A stretch of 64,000 nucleotides of DNA from Candidatus Falkowbacteria bacterium RIFOXYA2_FULL_47_19 (GTDB lineage Bacteria; Patescibacteriota; Patescibacteriia; Patescibacteriales; UBA12075), in the NCBI GenBank assembly GCA_001780275.1, contig MFGB01000020.1, positions 40,813-104,812 of the forward strand, given 5' to 3'. Within the stretch, counting starts at the first letter, position 1, and every line of letters starts with the position of its first letter. This document shows positions 43,724-52,689 of this stretch, piece after piece. A model generated the notes under the pieces. It was not told where the DNA came from and ran no database searches. It worked only from the letters and a program-made list of their open reading frames with translations. The position numbers were made by a program, and so were the translations under genes.

Positions 43724-44125
43724 TTACCCGATAGCTCCGGTAGCTCCGTATAGAGCGTTCAGGATAAATTGAGCCAGGGCGAAAGCGGCCAATAATATTA
43801 TCAAACCGATCACCCCGGAGCCGATGAGCTTTTTGGCTTCCTCGACTTTCTCTTCGTTGCCGGCGGCCGTCATCCATTTGAATCCGCCCAATAAAATAAT
43901 AATAACGGCGATAATGCCGATAAAACCCAACATGATATTGACTACCCGGGCCGCCATCTCCCGCGGATCGGTATTGCCCAAACCGGTAGTGGCCTGAACA
44001 TTACCTTCTAATCCGCCCCACAGCATAACGTCAGCCTCGGATTGAGCGTGGGCGGTTAAAGCAAAGGAAAAAACCGGCAACAAAACCAATATCATCGGAA
44101 TTATGACAAATAATATTTTTTTCAT
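43724..44125 (-). CDS. VirB2/TrbC-like pilin paralog (member 9, first in transcription order)
   Basis: Contains LTAHAQ, GGFKWMTAAGNEEKVEEAKKLI and the tail ALYGATGAIG. SD aaagggggtggg upstream. Confidence 0.82.
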   Translation of the reverse strand: MKKILFVIIPMILVLLPVFSFALTAHAQSEADVMLWGGLEGNVQATTGLGNTDPREMAARVVNIMLGFIGIIAVIIILLGGFKWMTAAGNEEKVEEAKKLIGSGVIGLIILLAAFALAQFILNALYGATGAIG

Positions 44126-44292
44126 ATATTTCCCACCCCCTTTCCTTTTAAAAATATATTATAAACCTTAACTTTATTTTAACATATTTTGTCATGCTTT
44201 TGCAACTTATTATTTAATAATAAAACAAATAAGGAAAATTTTTTTAATTTATGCTAAAATTGTAAATATAAACAGGCTATAACAATTTTTTA

Positions 44293-45912
44293 ATGCTTAC
44301 CATAAAAAAACTAAATTATCCCTCCCTGCTTTGGTTTTTATTTTATCTGGTTATTTTTTCCTATTTAATATTTAATTCCTATAATTACCTGGATGCTGAT
44401 CTGGGCTGGCACCTGGACGTAGGAAAGCGCATATTAGAAGAAAGATCCGTTCCTGTTGAGGAACATTATGACTATACTCTTATAAACAGGACGTGGGTGG
44501 ATCATGAATGGCTGCTTAACGTCGCAACCTATTGGCTATATGATAATTATGGTTATTTTAGCGTAAGTATATTTTTTGCCCTGATCGTGATTTTAGCCCT
44601 GATAGTCCTTAACATATATACCAGAAAATATTTTATCCGCGGCCCCGGCGGTCAGATTTTAATAGGAACCATACAATTTTTCGGCGTTTTAGCGATGGCG
44701 CCGCACCTGGGGGTCAGGATGCAGACCGCAACTTTGCTTAATTTATCGCTATTGCTTTTTATAATCCGGACCTATGAAATAACTAAAAACACCAGGGTTC
44801 TTTTCTGGTTATGGCCGCTTTTCTGTTTTTGGGCGAACTCCCACGCCGGATTTTTAATCGGTGTTTTTATGTTATTCCTGTGGATAGGGATTAAATCGCT
44901 GGAAATTGTTCTTAAAAAATTCCGGGTTTTTGCCCGGATTGACTTCATGAACGAGCGGAAAAGCGGGGAATTAGTTAAATTCCTGCTTTTTGCCCTGGGA
45001 GCGGTCGGGGCCACCCTCATAAATCCGTATGGATTAAAACTATATTCCTTCCTTCTGGATTATTCCAATAATTACTACCTGCAGGTGATCGCGGAATGGC
45101 TGCCCTCGTACTCCATGCCGATCCAGTATAAACAATTAATTTACGCGGCCCTGGTCGTGGCCATGTTAACGGTATTTACGGCCGATCTGGCGCGGAGCTG
45201 CAGAAAAAAAGAAAATTCAACCGTGGATGGCTGGCACCTGGGCATGATCCTCGTCCTTTTGTTCATGGCCGCGCAATCAAAGCGCCATTTTCCGTTGTTT
45301 TTCGTAGTTTCCTTTCCCTGGCTTATCTTTTCCCTGGTCCGCGACCTGCGTCTGCCGGCGCGCTTCGCGAAATATATTTCGGAAAATACGGTCCTGAAAA
45401 TATTCGTTCTGCCGATTTTTCTTCTGGCCGCCGCTAATTTCCTGGTCAGGGCGCAGTATGCGCCTGATCCATTTTTCTCCCCTTATTTCTGCGGCTATTA
45501 TCCTTGCGGGGCGGTGCAATACATGAAAAACAATCCCGATCTTTTGGACAGGAAGATCTTAAACGATTACGGCTGGGGCGGGTACATGATCTGGACCTGG
45601 CCCGGAAAAAAACTTTTCATTGACGGACGATTGCCCTTCTACGAGTTCAACGGGCATAGCCTCCTTGAAGAATACACGGATTTCTTTGTCGCGGGACAGG
45701 CAAAGAATAAACTTGATAAACACGGCATCGGCCTGGTATTGCTCAAACTCTACCCCAAGGTTTCCCTGAACTGGTTCGAAAGAAAATTCCTGGGATTGGA
45801 CGATAACGAGATCAATAACCAAAAAAGATATCTGCGCGATTACCTTAGGGGCGCGGCCGGCTGGGAATTAGTTTATGGCGATAAGGTCAGCGAAGTATAC
45901 GCCGAAAAATAA
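44293..45912 (+). CDS. Polytopic membrane protein, GT-C-fold-like putative lipid-linked-sugar glycosyltransferase
   Basis: About 12 or more TM segments. An acidic first-loop motif YLDADLGWHL follows TM1. The soluble C-terminal domain contains DYGWGGYMIW. The family assignment is inferential. Confidence 0.45.
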   Translation: MLTIKKLNYPSLLWFLFYLVIFSYLIFNSYNYLDADLGWHLDVGKRILEERSVPVEEHYDYTLINRTWVDHEWLLNVATYWLYDNYGYFSVSIFFALIVILALIVLNIYTRKYFIRGPGGQILIGTIQFFGVLAMAPHLGVRMQTATLLNLSLLLFIIRTYEITKNTRVLFWLWPLFCFWANSHAGFLIGVFMLFLWIGIKSLEIVLKKFRVFARIDFMNERKSGELVKFLLFALGAVGATLINPYGLKLYSFLLDYSNNYYLQVIAEWLPSYSMPIQYKQLIYAALVVAMLTVFTADLARSCRKKENSTVDGWHLGMILVLLFMAAQSKRHFPLFFVVSFPWLIFSLVRDLRLPARFAKYISENTVLKIFVLPIFLLAAANFLVRAQYAPDPFFSPYFCGYYPCGAVQYMKNNPDLLDRKILNDYGWGGYMIWTWPGKKLFIDGRLPFYEFNGHSLLEEYTDFFVAGQAKNKLDKHGIGLVLLKLYPKVSLNWFERKFLGLDDNEINNQKRYLRDYLRGAAGWELVYGDKVSEVYAEK

Positions 45913-45927
45913 ATATTTATTATTTTT

Positions 45928-46653
45928 ATGAATATATCAGATTATAATTCGCTAAAAAATTCCGACGAGCAGCATTTTTGGTATAAAGCCAGAAAGGTCC
46001 TGATCGATCGTCTTTTAGGGCTTTACCTCAAAGAGGACGACGGGCGGGAAATACTGAATATCGGGGCGGGACTTGGCACTGAAGCCGAAATTTTAAAAAA
46101 ATACGGACGGGTGACCGCCTTGGACAAAGACCCGGAAACGGTCGCTCTTTCGGACCGATCGGGAATAAGAACCGTGCTCGGCGACATAGAAGAGGTTGAA
46201 CCGGAAAAAAATAAATATGATTGCGTCTGCTGTTTTGATATTCTTGAACATTTGCGCGATGACCGCGCCGCCCTGAAAAAGATATATCGCGCCTTGCCGC
46301 CCGGCGGCTATTTGTTCTTTACCGCTCCGGCTTACGGCTTTTTATGGAGCGGACACGACCTTGTTACCGGACACAAAAGAAGATACACCCAAGGCGGGGT
46401 AAAAAAATTGCTCAACGAGGCCGGTTTTGAAATTCCGCTGATAGGTTATTGGAACTCCCTGCTTTTGTTGCCGGTAATGATCTACCGGCTGGCGAAAAGG
46501 GCCGCCGGCCTCGCTCCGAAAACCGACGCCCGCCCCCTGCCCCGGATCCTTAACCGCTTACTGTTCCTTGTCCTTAATTTAGAAAATAATTTTATCGGCC
46601 AAAGCATCCCTTTCGGGTTAAGTATTTACGGGACGGCCAGAAAAAAGATATGA
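45928..46653 (+). CDS. Class I SAM-dependent methyltransferase
   Basis: Motif I ILNIGAGLGTE, acidic post-I residue (TALDKD), and motif CCFDILEHL. Confidence 0.82.
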   Translation: MNISDYNSLKNSDEQHFWYKARKVLIDRLLGLYLKEDDGREILNIGAGLGTEAEILKKYGRVTALDKDPETVALSDRSGIRTVLGDIEEVEPEKNKYDCVCCFDILEHLRDDRAALKKIYRALPPGGYLFFTAPAYGFLWSGHDLVTGHKRRYTQGGVKKLLNEAGFEIPLIGYWNSLLLLPVMIYRLAKRAAGLAPKTDARPLPRILNRLLFLVLNLENNFIGQSIPFGLSIYGTARKKI

Positions 46654-47411
46654 ATATCGAATTCCATATTCCGGTATATAATGAAGAAAGGATCCTGGAA
46701 AAAAATATTACCTTCCTCCATGATTATTGCCGGAAAAATTTCGGTTTCGACTGGTCGATCGCGATCATCGTGAACGGTTCCACCGACCGCTCCCGGGTCA
46801 TAAGCGAACGCCTGGCGGCCCGGTATCCGGAGAAGATCAGGGCGGAATATTATCCGGCGGCCGGCCGGGGCGGAGCGATCAGGAATTCGTGGCTTAAAAG
46901 CCGGGCCGATATAGTTTCTTACATGGATGTCGATCTCGCGGTCGATCTTAAGAATATCAATGATCTGGTGGAACCGATCCTGGTTGACCGGGCCGATCTG
47001 GTCATCGGCTCCCGCCTCCTGTCGAACGCGAGCATTGAAAGATCTTTTATCCGCGAACTCGTTTCCCAGAGCCATCTTATTATCTCTCGGTTGATCCACC
47101 GCCATAATTTTTCCGATCTGCAGTGCGGCTTTAAAGCGGTCAGGCGAACCGCCTTCGCGGCGATCGCTCCTTATGTCGCGAACAAGGGCTGGTGGTTCGA
47201 CACCGAGACCATACTTCTCGCCAAGCTGTTCGACTACCGGATTGCGGAAATTCCGGTTATCTGGTCGGAAAACCGGTATGATAAAAGAAAAAGCAAAGTA
47301 AATCTGACGACCGACAGCTTAAACGCGCTTTTTAATCTCATTAAGCTTAAGTTCCGTCTGACCGGCTTAAAAAACAGCCTTAATATAAACGATAAAAAAA
47401 ATCTTCGCTGA
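46650..47411 (+). CDS. GT2 glycosyltransferase (polyprenyl-phosphate sugar synthase-like)
   Basis: IPVYNEE..., DVD (DxD) in SYMDVDLAVD, and the QCGFK motif. ATGA overlap with the methyltransferase. Confidence 0.82.
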   Translation: MNIEFHIPVYNEERILEKNITFLHDYCRKNFGFDWSIAIIVNGSTDRSRVISERLAARYPEKIRAEYYPAAGRGGAIRNSWLKSRADIVSYMDVDLAVDLKNINDLVEPILVDRADLVIGSRLLSNASIERSFIRELVSQSHLIISRLIHRHNFSDLQCGFKAVRRTAFAAIAPYVANKGWWFDTETILLAKLFDYRIAEIPVIWSENRYDKRKSKVNLTTDSLNALFNLIKLKFRLTGLKNSLNINDKKNLR

Positions 47412-47527
47412 AATATAAATTTTTACTCCGAATCTTGAACCGGATATCCGCTCTAAACGAGCGGATTTTTGTTTATTGTTTTCCAAATAAAAAACGGTTC
47501 GCTTTTACACGTACTGTAATTGGATCG

Positions 47528-49948
47528 TTATTCGTAATCCGGCTCTATATATAAATCATAGACATGAATAGCTCCGTCGCTGTCCGCGTTGATCTCGCCG
47601 GTAATAGCCGTAAAACCGTCGATCGCCACGGCATCTTTTCCGAAATAATTGCTGGCGAAGGATTCATATACGGAAGCGATCTGGCTATAAACGTCGCCGG
47701 TTATCAGAAACGCCCAGAATCTTTTCTGAAGATATGAAGAAACCACGGCCCGGTTGCCGTCCAGAGCCACCCGCTGGCCGAATCCGTCGCCGATATATCC
47801 GTTTTCCGCCGTAATTTCGTTGATCTTGTCCCATTCGCCGGTAGCGGCATCGCGCCTAAAAAGGAGGGCGCGGCCGGCTTTACCGGATTTGGGCGTGGAA
47901 CCGACCAAGGCGTAATTGCCGGAAATTGAAACGCTCTGCCCGACATACACGCAATTCACGTAATCGCCGACAAAATAATCGGTTTCACTCCAGGTTTCCG
48001 TACTCTCGTCATATTCGAAGAAATAAACCGCGCCCTGGTCATAAGCACCGTGTTTATGAGCGCCTACCACGGCGTAATTGCCGTCAATGGCCACGCTCGT
48101 ACCGAAATAGGCATTGGCTTCGCCGTTAGAAGCGGTTACAACCGTGTGTCCGCTATCATGAAAAATATAAGCCGCGCCGGCATTGCTTGCGGCACTGTCA
48201 TTGCGGGGCGCGCCGGCAATCGACATATCTCCGGAAATATCGACGCTCTGTCCCAGGTTTTCCCCGGCGCTGCCGTCCTGTCCCAGGAACTCGTCGCCAA
48301 CCTGGGTGCAGCCGTTGCTGGAACAGGTATAAAAATAAACCGCGCCGACATCGCTGTACGCGCTATGGCCCTGTCCGATAATATCGCCGTCCCTCTGCCA
48401 GGCGCCGACAATGGCGTTGGCACCGTCTATCGCTACGGCGCTGCCGTAATTCTCGTATCCGCCGTAATCCGGGTATGTCGTAATGATATCCTTGACTTCC
48501 ACTTCTTCCCAGCCGTTCGCCCCTTTAGCGAAAACGAAAAGAGCGCCTCGCTGGTTATACACGAACCTGGGATCTCCCACCAGCATAATATCCCCGGAAA
48601 CACCGATCGACCAGCCGAACCAGCTGGCGTCGCTGTCGCTCGGATTCAATTCCGAGTGGCCCGGGGCGCCCAATGTAAATTCATAAGCGGATTCGATATC
48701 GAGATCATAACCGATCATGGTTTTAACGCCGTCTATCTCGAACAACTGCTCCACGGCGGTATGGTTTCCGTCTATCACGGTCTCGTACTCTCTCGTAACC
48801 GGCGGCCCATAAGCGGAGTAGCCGTAATGGCCGTTCCAGAATTCAAGGATATGCTCTTTGACCGCGATCGCTTTTCCGATCGCCCAGTTCAGGACCAACT
48901 GCGACCAATGCTCGTTCTCCTCTGCATCCACCCGCAGAAAATCCTGCACATAAAGTCCGTCATCGTCGCAGGTGGCCGGCGGAGTGGTTGAGCATTGCGG
49001 ATCAGGCCATTCATGTACCCAAACGCCGTGGCCGTCGTTGTCCCAGGGCAAGCCGAAGGTTTCTAAACCGGAGTTACCGTAATATTCCTCGTTGTCGTAT
49101 TCGTCGAGAAAAAGCTGGGAAAGTGGATCTTGGCCGCTTAATTTCCATCCCGGGAAATCCTGGAATATGCCGACGGGATGGACGGTATAGACGCGGTCGA
49201 TGTTAACATGACTGGTAGCCGTATATCCATATAAGGGATAAGTTACCTCTTCGCCGCCAGTTACCGTGTCAAACCAATTCCCATTCGCGTTTCCGTAAGG
49301 ATCGTGCACAATTACGTTTTGTTCTGTGCCGTTTACGCCCGTATCATAACCGATAATCACCAGATAATGACCATACTCTATGCTACTGATCGTAATCTCG
49401 GCATGACCGATCAGGGGCAGTCCAGCGTCAATGTTTTGCTTGATGATGTCAAAACGATCTGAATATATCGCATCACTAACGATAAGGCCGTGATTTTCGA
49501 GATACAACTTCAATTGATTAGGATCTGTGCCCCAATATGGATTCGCCGAGTCTGCTCCGGGGCCAGTAACTATAAATCCATGAGCTCCATAAACTTCGTG
49601 CGGGAAATGAAGATTATATGTATTTGGCGCATCTATTCCGTCCCAATCCCTTGCCCATTCTTCATTATAATCTTCACCGCTTTTGTCGGTCCAGTTGGTA
49701 TAAGGGTTGTATACATACCAACCTGGGTAGCCGGAAGTGTTTTCCGGCTGAAGCTTATGGAACTCCGTAATCATCACGGCCGATGTCGGGCCGCAGGCGT
49801 TATATCCCAGAAAATAATTCTGGTCCATGTGTTCAACTTGGTTGATATATGGGACGTTTTCAACTGTTACGGTGGCCGCGTTGACCTGAGGGATAAAAAC
49901 CAACAAACAGACCGTGACAAGGGCTGATGCCCACGCTATTTTTTTCAT
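47528..49948 (-). CDS. Large secreted protein: N-terminal C39-like (papain-fold) peptidase domain plus C-terminal FG-GAP-like beta-propeller repeats
   Basis: Signal peptide ...PQVNAA. VPYINQ...NACGPTSAVMI and GHYLVIIGYD...VHDP give C39_2-like Cys/His. Repeats include GQSVDISGDMSIAGAP, FGTSVAIDGNYAVVGA, GQSVSISGNYALVGS and FGQRVALDGNRAVVSS. Confidence 0.7.
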   Translation of the reverse strand: MKKIAWASALVTVCLLVFIPQVNAATVTVENVPYINQVEHMDQNYFLGYNACGPTSAVMITEFHKLQPENTSGYPGWYVYNPYTNWTDKSGEDYNEEWARDWDGIDAPNTYNLHFPHEVYGAHGFIVTGPGADSANPYWGTDPNQLKLYLENHGLIVSDAIYSDRFDIIKQNIDAGLPLIGHAEITISSIEYGHYLVIIGYDTGVNGTEQNVIVHDPYGNANGNWFDTVTGGEEVTYPLYGYTATSHVNIDRVYTVHPVGIFQDFPGWKLSGQDPLSQLFLDEYDNEEYYGNSGLETFGLPWDNDGHGVWVHEWPDPQCSTTPPATCDDDGLYVQDFLRVDAEENEHWSQLVLNWAIGKAIAVKEHILEFWNGHYGYSAYGPPVTREYETVIDGNHTAVEQLFEIDGVKTMIGYDLDIESAYEFTLGAPGHSELNPSDSDASWFGWSIGVSGDIMLVGDPRFVYNQRGALFVFAKGANGWEEVEVKDIITTYPDYGGYENYGSAVAIDGANAIVGAWQRDGDIIGQGHSAYSDVGAVYFYTCSSNGCTQVGDEFLGQDGSAGENLGQSVDISGDMSIAGAPRNDSAASNAGAAYIFHDSGHTVVTASNGEANAYFGTSVAIDGNYAVVGAHKHGAYDQGAVYFFEYDESTETWSETDYFVGDYVNCVYVGQSVSISGNYALVGSTPKSGKAGRALLFRRDAATGEWDKINEITAENGYIGDGFGQRVALDGNRAVVSSYLQKRFWAFLITGDVYSQIASVYESFASNYFGKDAVAIDGFTAITGEINADSDGAIHVYDLYIEPDYE

Positions 49949-50134
49949 TTATTTTCCTTTCTGGTTTTTCTGGACGTTCGTGAATGTTTGACCGATGACC
50001 CACCTAAATGCTTATTCAATTTTAATGAACCATTGTTTTCCTCCTTTCTATCTTATGTTTTTGCTACAGAGTAATTTTTTTAAAATTACTCTTGAAGAGA
50101 TACGAAATTAATCGCATCTCCGAAAAGAATAATT

Positions 50135-50860
50135 TTATTGTATAAACTGAAATAAATCTAATACCTCCCGACACAATTCTTCTTCCATGTAATTAATAAC
50201 CAAATAATCCTTATTATCTAACTTATTATATTCCGTATAATATTGTTTACTGTCAAATGTTTTGCATGACCGGTTCCCGCTCTCATCGGGCACCATATTA
50301 CAAGACTTGACACTGGCCAGCACCTCATAAAACCTTATATCGTTCTTATTATTAAATTCCTTGATTGATATTAATTCTGCAGGATTTTGATAATTATTCC
50401 AGCCGACCGTTTCTAAATAATTTTTTAAACTATTGTAATTTTTGTTACTATAATCATGAAAATTTATATATATATATGGATTTTTATCGTCCTCTGGATA
50501 ATGCTGTTTTGATTCCTCTGGAACCGGTCCCCGAATACTTAACCCACTACTTCCTTCCTGAAATTCCATTACGTCCTCGCTATCTTCAAACTCAAACTCA
50601 ATCCCCCAATATTCATTCCGATATTTTTTCCAGCCACCCTCTTCTTTTGTAATTACGCCTTTGTATTTATCGTCCGGATTTTCCGCCACCGCTTCTTCGT
50701 TATTTAAATTCGCGCTCTCGTTATTTACTTGCGCTTGCTCCTGATTTTTATTTTGTTCCTCTCCCGGCGTCTGTTTTCTTATTAACAAACCTGCTCCGGC
50801 GATAAATAAGAGCGCTGCCGCGATGGTAATAACCAGGACGTTTTTGTGGATTTTAAACAT
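50135..50860 (-). CDS. Hypothetical membrane-anchored protein
   Basis: N-terminal TM VLVITIAAALLFIAGAGLLI, a Q/N/E-rich linker, and AT-rich composition. Confidence 0.55.
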   Translation of the reverse strand: MFKIHKNVLVITIAAALLFIAGAGLLIRKQTPGEEQNKNQEQAQVNNESANLNNEEAVAENPDDKYKGVITKEEGGWKKYRNEYWGIEFEFEDSEDVMEFQEGSSGLSIRGPVPEESKQHYPEDDKNPYIYINFHDYSNKNYNSLKNYLETVGWNNYQNPAELISIKEFNNKNDIRFYEVLASVKSCNMVPDESGNRSCKTFDSKQYYTEYNKLDNKDYLVINYMEEELCREVLDLFQFIQ

Positions 50861-51091
50861 AGATTTTTTAGGGAAAACCCTCCTTTAAATTAAATTAAAA
50901 TTATCATAGCACAAAGCATATGAAATTTCTCTAAAAAAAATATAAAGAAAATATAAAAATATTATAAAGATAAGATTAAAATTTATAATAGCTTTATTTA
51001 ATATAAGCAAAAAAATATTTACCCGAAAATTACCGCCTTAACGCGCCGAAACGTAAAAAATATTTAAAAAAAATTTAAGAAAAAATAAATT

Positions 51092-51302
51092 TTCCCGCGC
51101 GAGCGGGAATCCAGCCTGCCGGCCGGCAGGGGGTGGGCGGGATTAACTTTGTATTGTGTTTGCGATTGTCGGTACGGATAGATCATGGATCCCCGATATC
51201 CGTCCCGGGCGGATTCGGGGATGACAAATCAGCGTTTTGGAAAAGAGAGTGGAGTCCGTTTACTAATAATTCCACCGACAAGGTCGGTGTGTAGTTTAAT
51301 AT
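51092..51302 (+). repeat. Hairpin-rich intergenic repeat, copy B (copy A at 5779-5954)
   Basis: Same order of modules as copy A. It has a shortened central palindrome (cctgccggccggcagg) and about 30 extra nt before the shared gtcggtgtgtag(c/t)ttaa end. Confidence 0.7.
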
Positions 51303-51344
51303 TTCTTATTATTATTTTATCATCCGCGGCGATTTTCAACAAAC

Positions 51345-51373
51345 AAAAACGGACATTTAAGTCCGTTTTTTTT
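51345..51373. terminator. Bidirectional terminator downstream of the MFS gene
   Basis: aaaaacggac-atttaa-gtccgtttttttt. Confidence 0.65.
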
Positions 51374-51378
51374 ATTTT

Positions 51379-52569
51379 TTATTCCCCGTTCTTCATGGAA
51401 CCCAGGAAGAGAACAGAGAGGAGGAGGAATGAACCGGCGACCGTCCAGGAAGCCGGAACGCCGTAGTTTTGCGCGATCCATCCGCTCGCGATAAGGCCTA
51501 AAAAAGCGGCTACGCCCTCCAGCATAGAGACGAAGGATTGGACAGTGGCGCGCACCCGGCCGGGGATGCGGCGGTTAAGATAGGCGTTTTGGATAGGCGC
51601 GTAGAATCCGCGCGCGAATTCGTGTCCGTAGAAACCGATAAGCGCCGCGAATAAGACCGGGCTCAAGGCGGCGGCTATCGCGCTCACGGCGAAAACAACC
51701 AAACCCAGGATGATCGCGTATTTTTCCTTTTTGAATTTATTCCCGAAACGGCCGGCAAATTCGTTTCCCAGATAAAGTATTATCAGGGAAGCGCCATGCA
51801 CCCAGCCCAGAGCTACGACCGGCACCGAGAAACCGTCCCGGAAAAACGGCTGCCAGTACATATTAAAGGGCATACAGGTAAAGGAGTAAGCCATGGCGGA
51901 AAGGCCGAGGAAAAAAATCGAGCGGTTTTTCAGGCCGAAATCACAGCTGTCTTTTATGATCCGTTTCAGGCCGGTCCGTTCCGGATCGGCCTTTTTTCTG
52001 GCCTGGAAATATGATTCGTCTATCAGGAATATGGCCAGAACCCCGCAGATCAAGATCGTAATACCGGACACGAGCCAGGGCAGAGCGATATTGATCGCGC
52101 CGATATAGGCGCCAAAAACGGTTCCGATTATCCGGCTTAAGTTTCTGATCTTCTCCTTGTCGCTCGCGAGCTTATTCAGGCAAAAACTCTCGCCGCAAAG
52201 ATCGAGCGAATCTATCGCCCAGGCGTCAAAGGCGCCCGAACAAAACGACATGCCCAGGGCCGCTATGATCTCTGCTATCACGAACCATGTGAAAGTAGAA
52301 GAGAAATAATAAATAAACATCGATCCGGCAGCGGTAAAACAGGATAAGACGAACGAAAGTTTTCGCCCGTAATTATCAGCGATCGATCCGGTCGGTACTT
52401 CAAAAAGCGCGCCCGACAGCATGAAAGAAGCATTGATCAAATTAACCTGCCACAAATTTAATCCGTTAAACAGCAGAAAGACAGTATAGGTCGAGAAAAA
52501 AAACGACATTCCCAGGTTAATAATGAATTCAAAGCCGTAATACACCGCGAGTATTTTTTTCTTGGCCAT
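51379..52569 (-). CDS. MFS transporter
   Basis: 12-TM layout with an MFS-like loop motif (GSIADNYGRK). The start is moved to the ATG at 52569 (MAKKK) because the SD GGGGG lies 5 nt upstream of it. The track GTG at 52575 abuts the SD. Confidence 0.85.
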   Translation of the reverse strand: MAKKKILAVYYGFEFIINLGMSFFFSTYTVFLLFNGLNLWQVNLINASFMLSGALFEVPTGSIADNYGRKLSFVLSCFTAAGSMFIYYFSSTFTWFVIAEIIAALGMSFCSGAFDAWAIDSLDLCGESFCLNKLASDKEKIRNLSRIIGTVFGAYIGAINIALPWLVSGITILICGVLAIFLIDESYFQARKKADPERTGLKRIIKDSCDFGLKNRSIFFLGLSAMAYSFTCMPFNMYWQPFFRDGFSVPVVALGWVHGASLIILYLGNEFAGRFGNKFKKEKYAIILGLVVFAVSAIAAALSPVLFAALIGFYGHEFARGFYAPIQNAYLNRRIPGRVRATVQSFVSMLEGVAAFLGLIASGWIAQNYGVPASWTVAGSFLLLSVLFLGSMKNGE

Positions 52570-52595
52570 ATCCACCCCCTTTCGGTTTGTAAAAG

Positions 52596-52641
52596 AGCGA
52601 AAATAATAAAGAGCCAGGCGTCGCGGCCTGGCTAAAGGGGG
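52596..52641 (-). terminator. Leader terminator/attenuator plus anti-SD element upstream of the MFS gene
   Basis: Minus strand reads CCCCCTTT-agccaggc-cgcgac-gcctggct-ctttattatttt...AAAGGGGG(SD)-tggat-ATG. Confidence 0.5.
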
Positions 52642-52689
52642 TTAGTTTATATGAAGCGATTTAATTTTTTGTATCGGGAAAATTTGTTC

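Noticed and set aside
37869-44125. CRISPR array (checked the 103-bp tandem repeat and the repeated pilin units)
   Set aside because: Neither has short 25-40-bp direct repeats separated by unique spacers. The 103-bp units are contiguous, the 500-600-bp units are protein-coding, and no cas genes are present.
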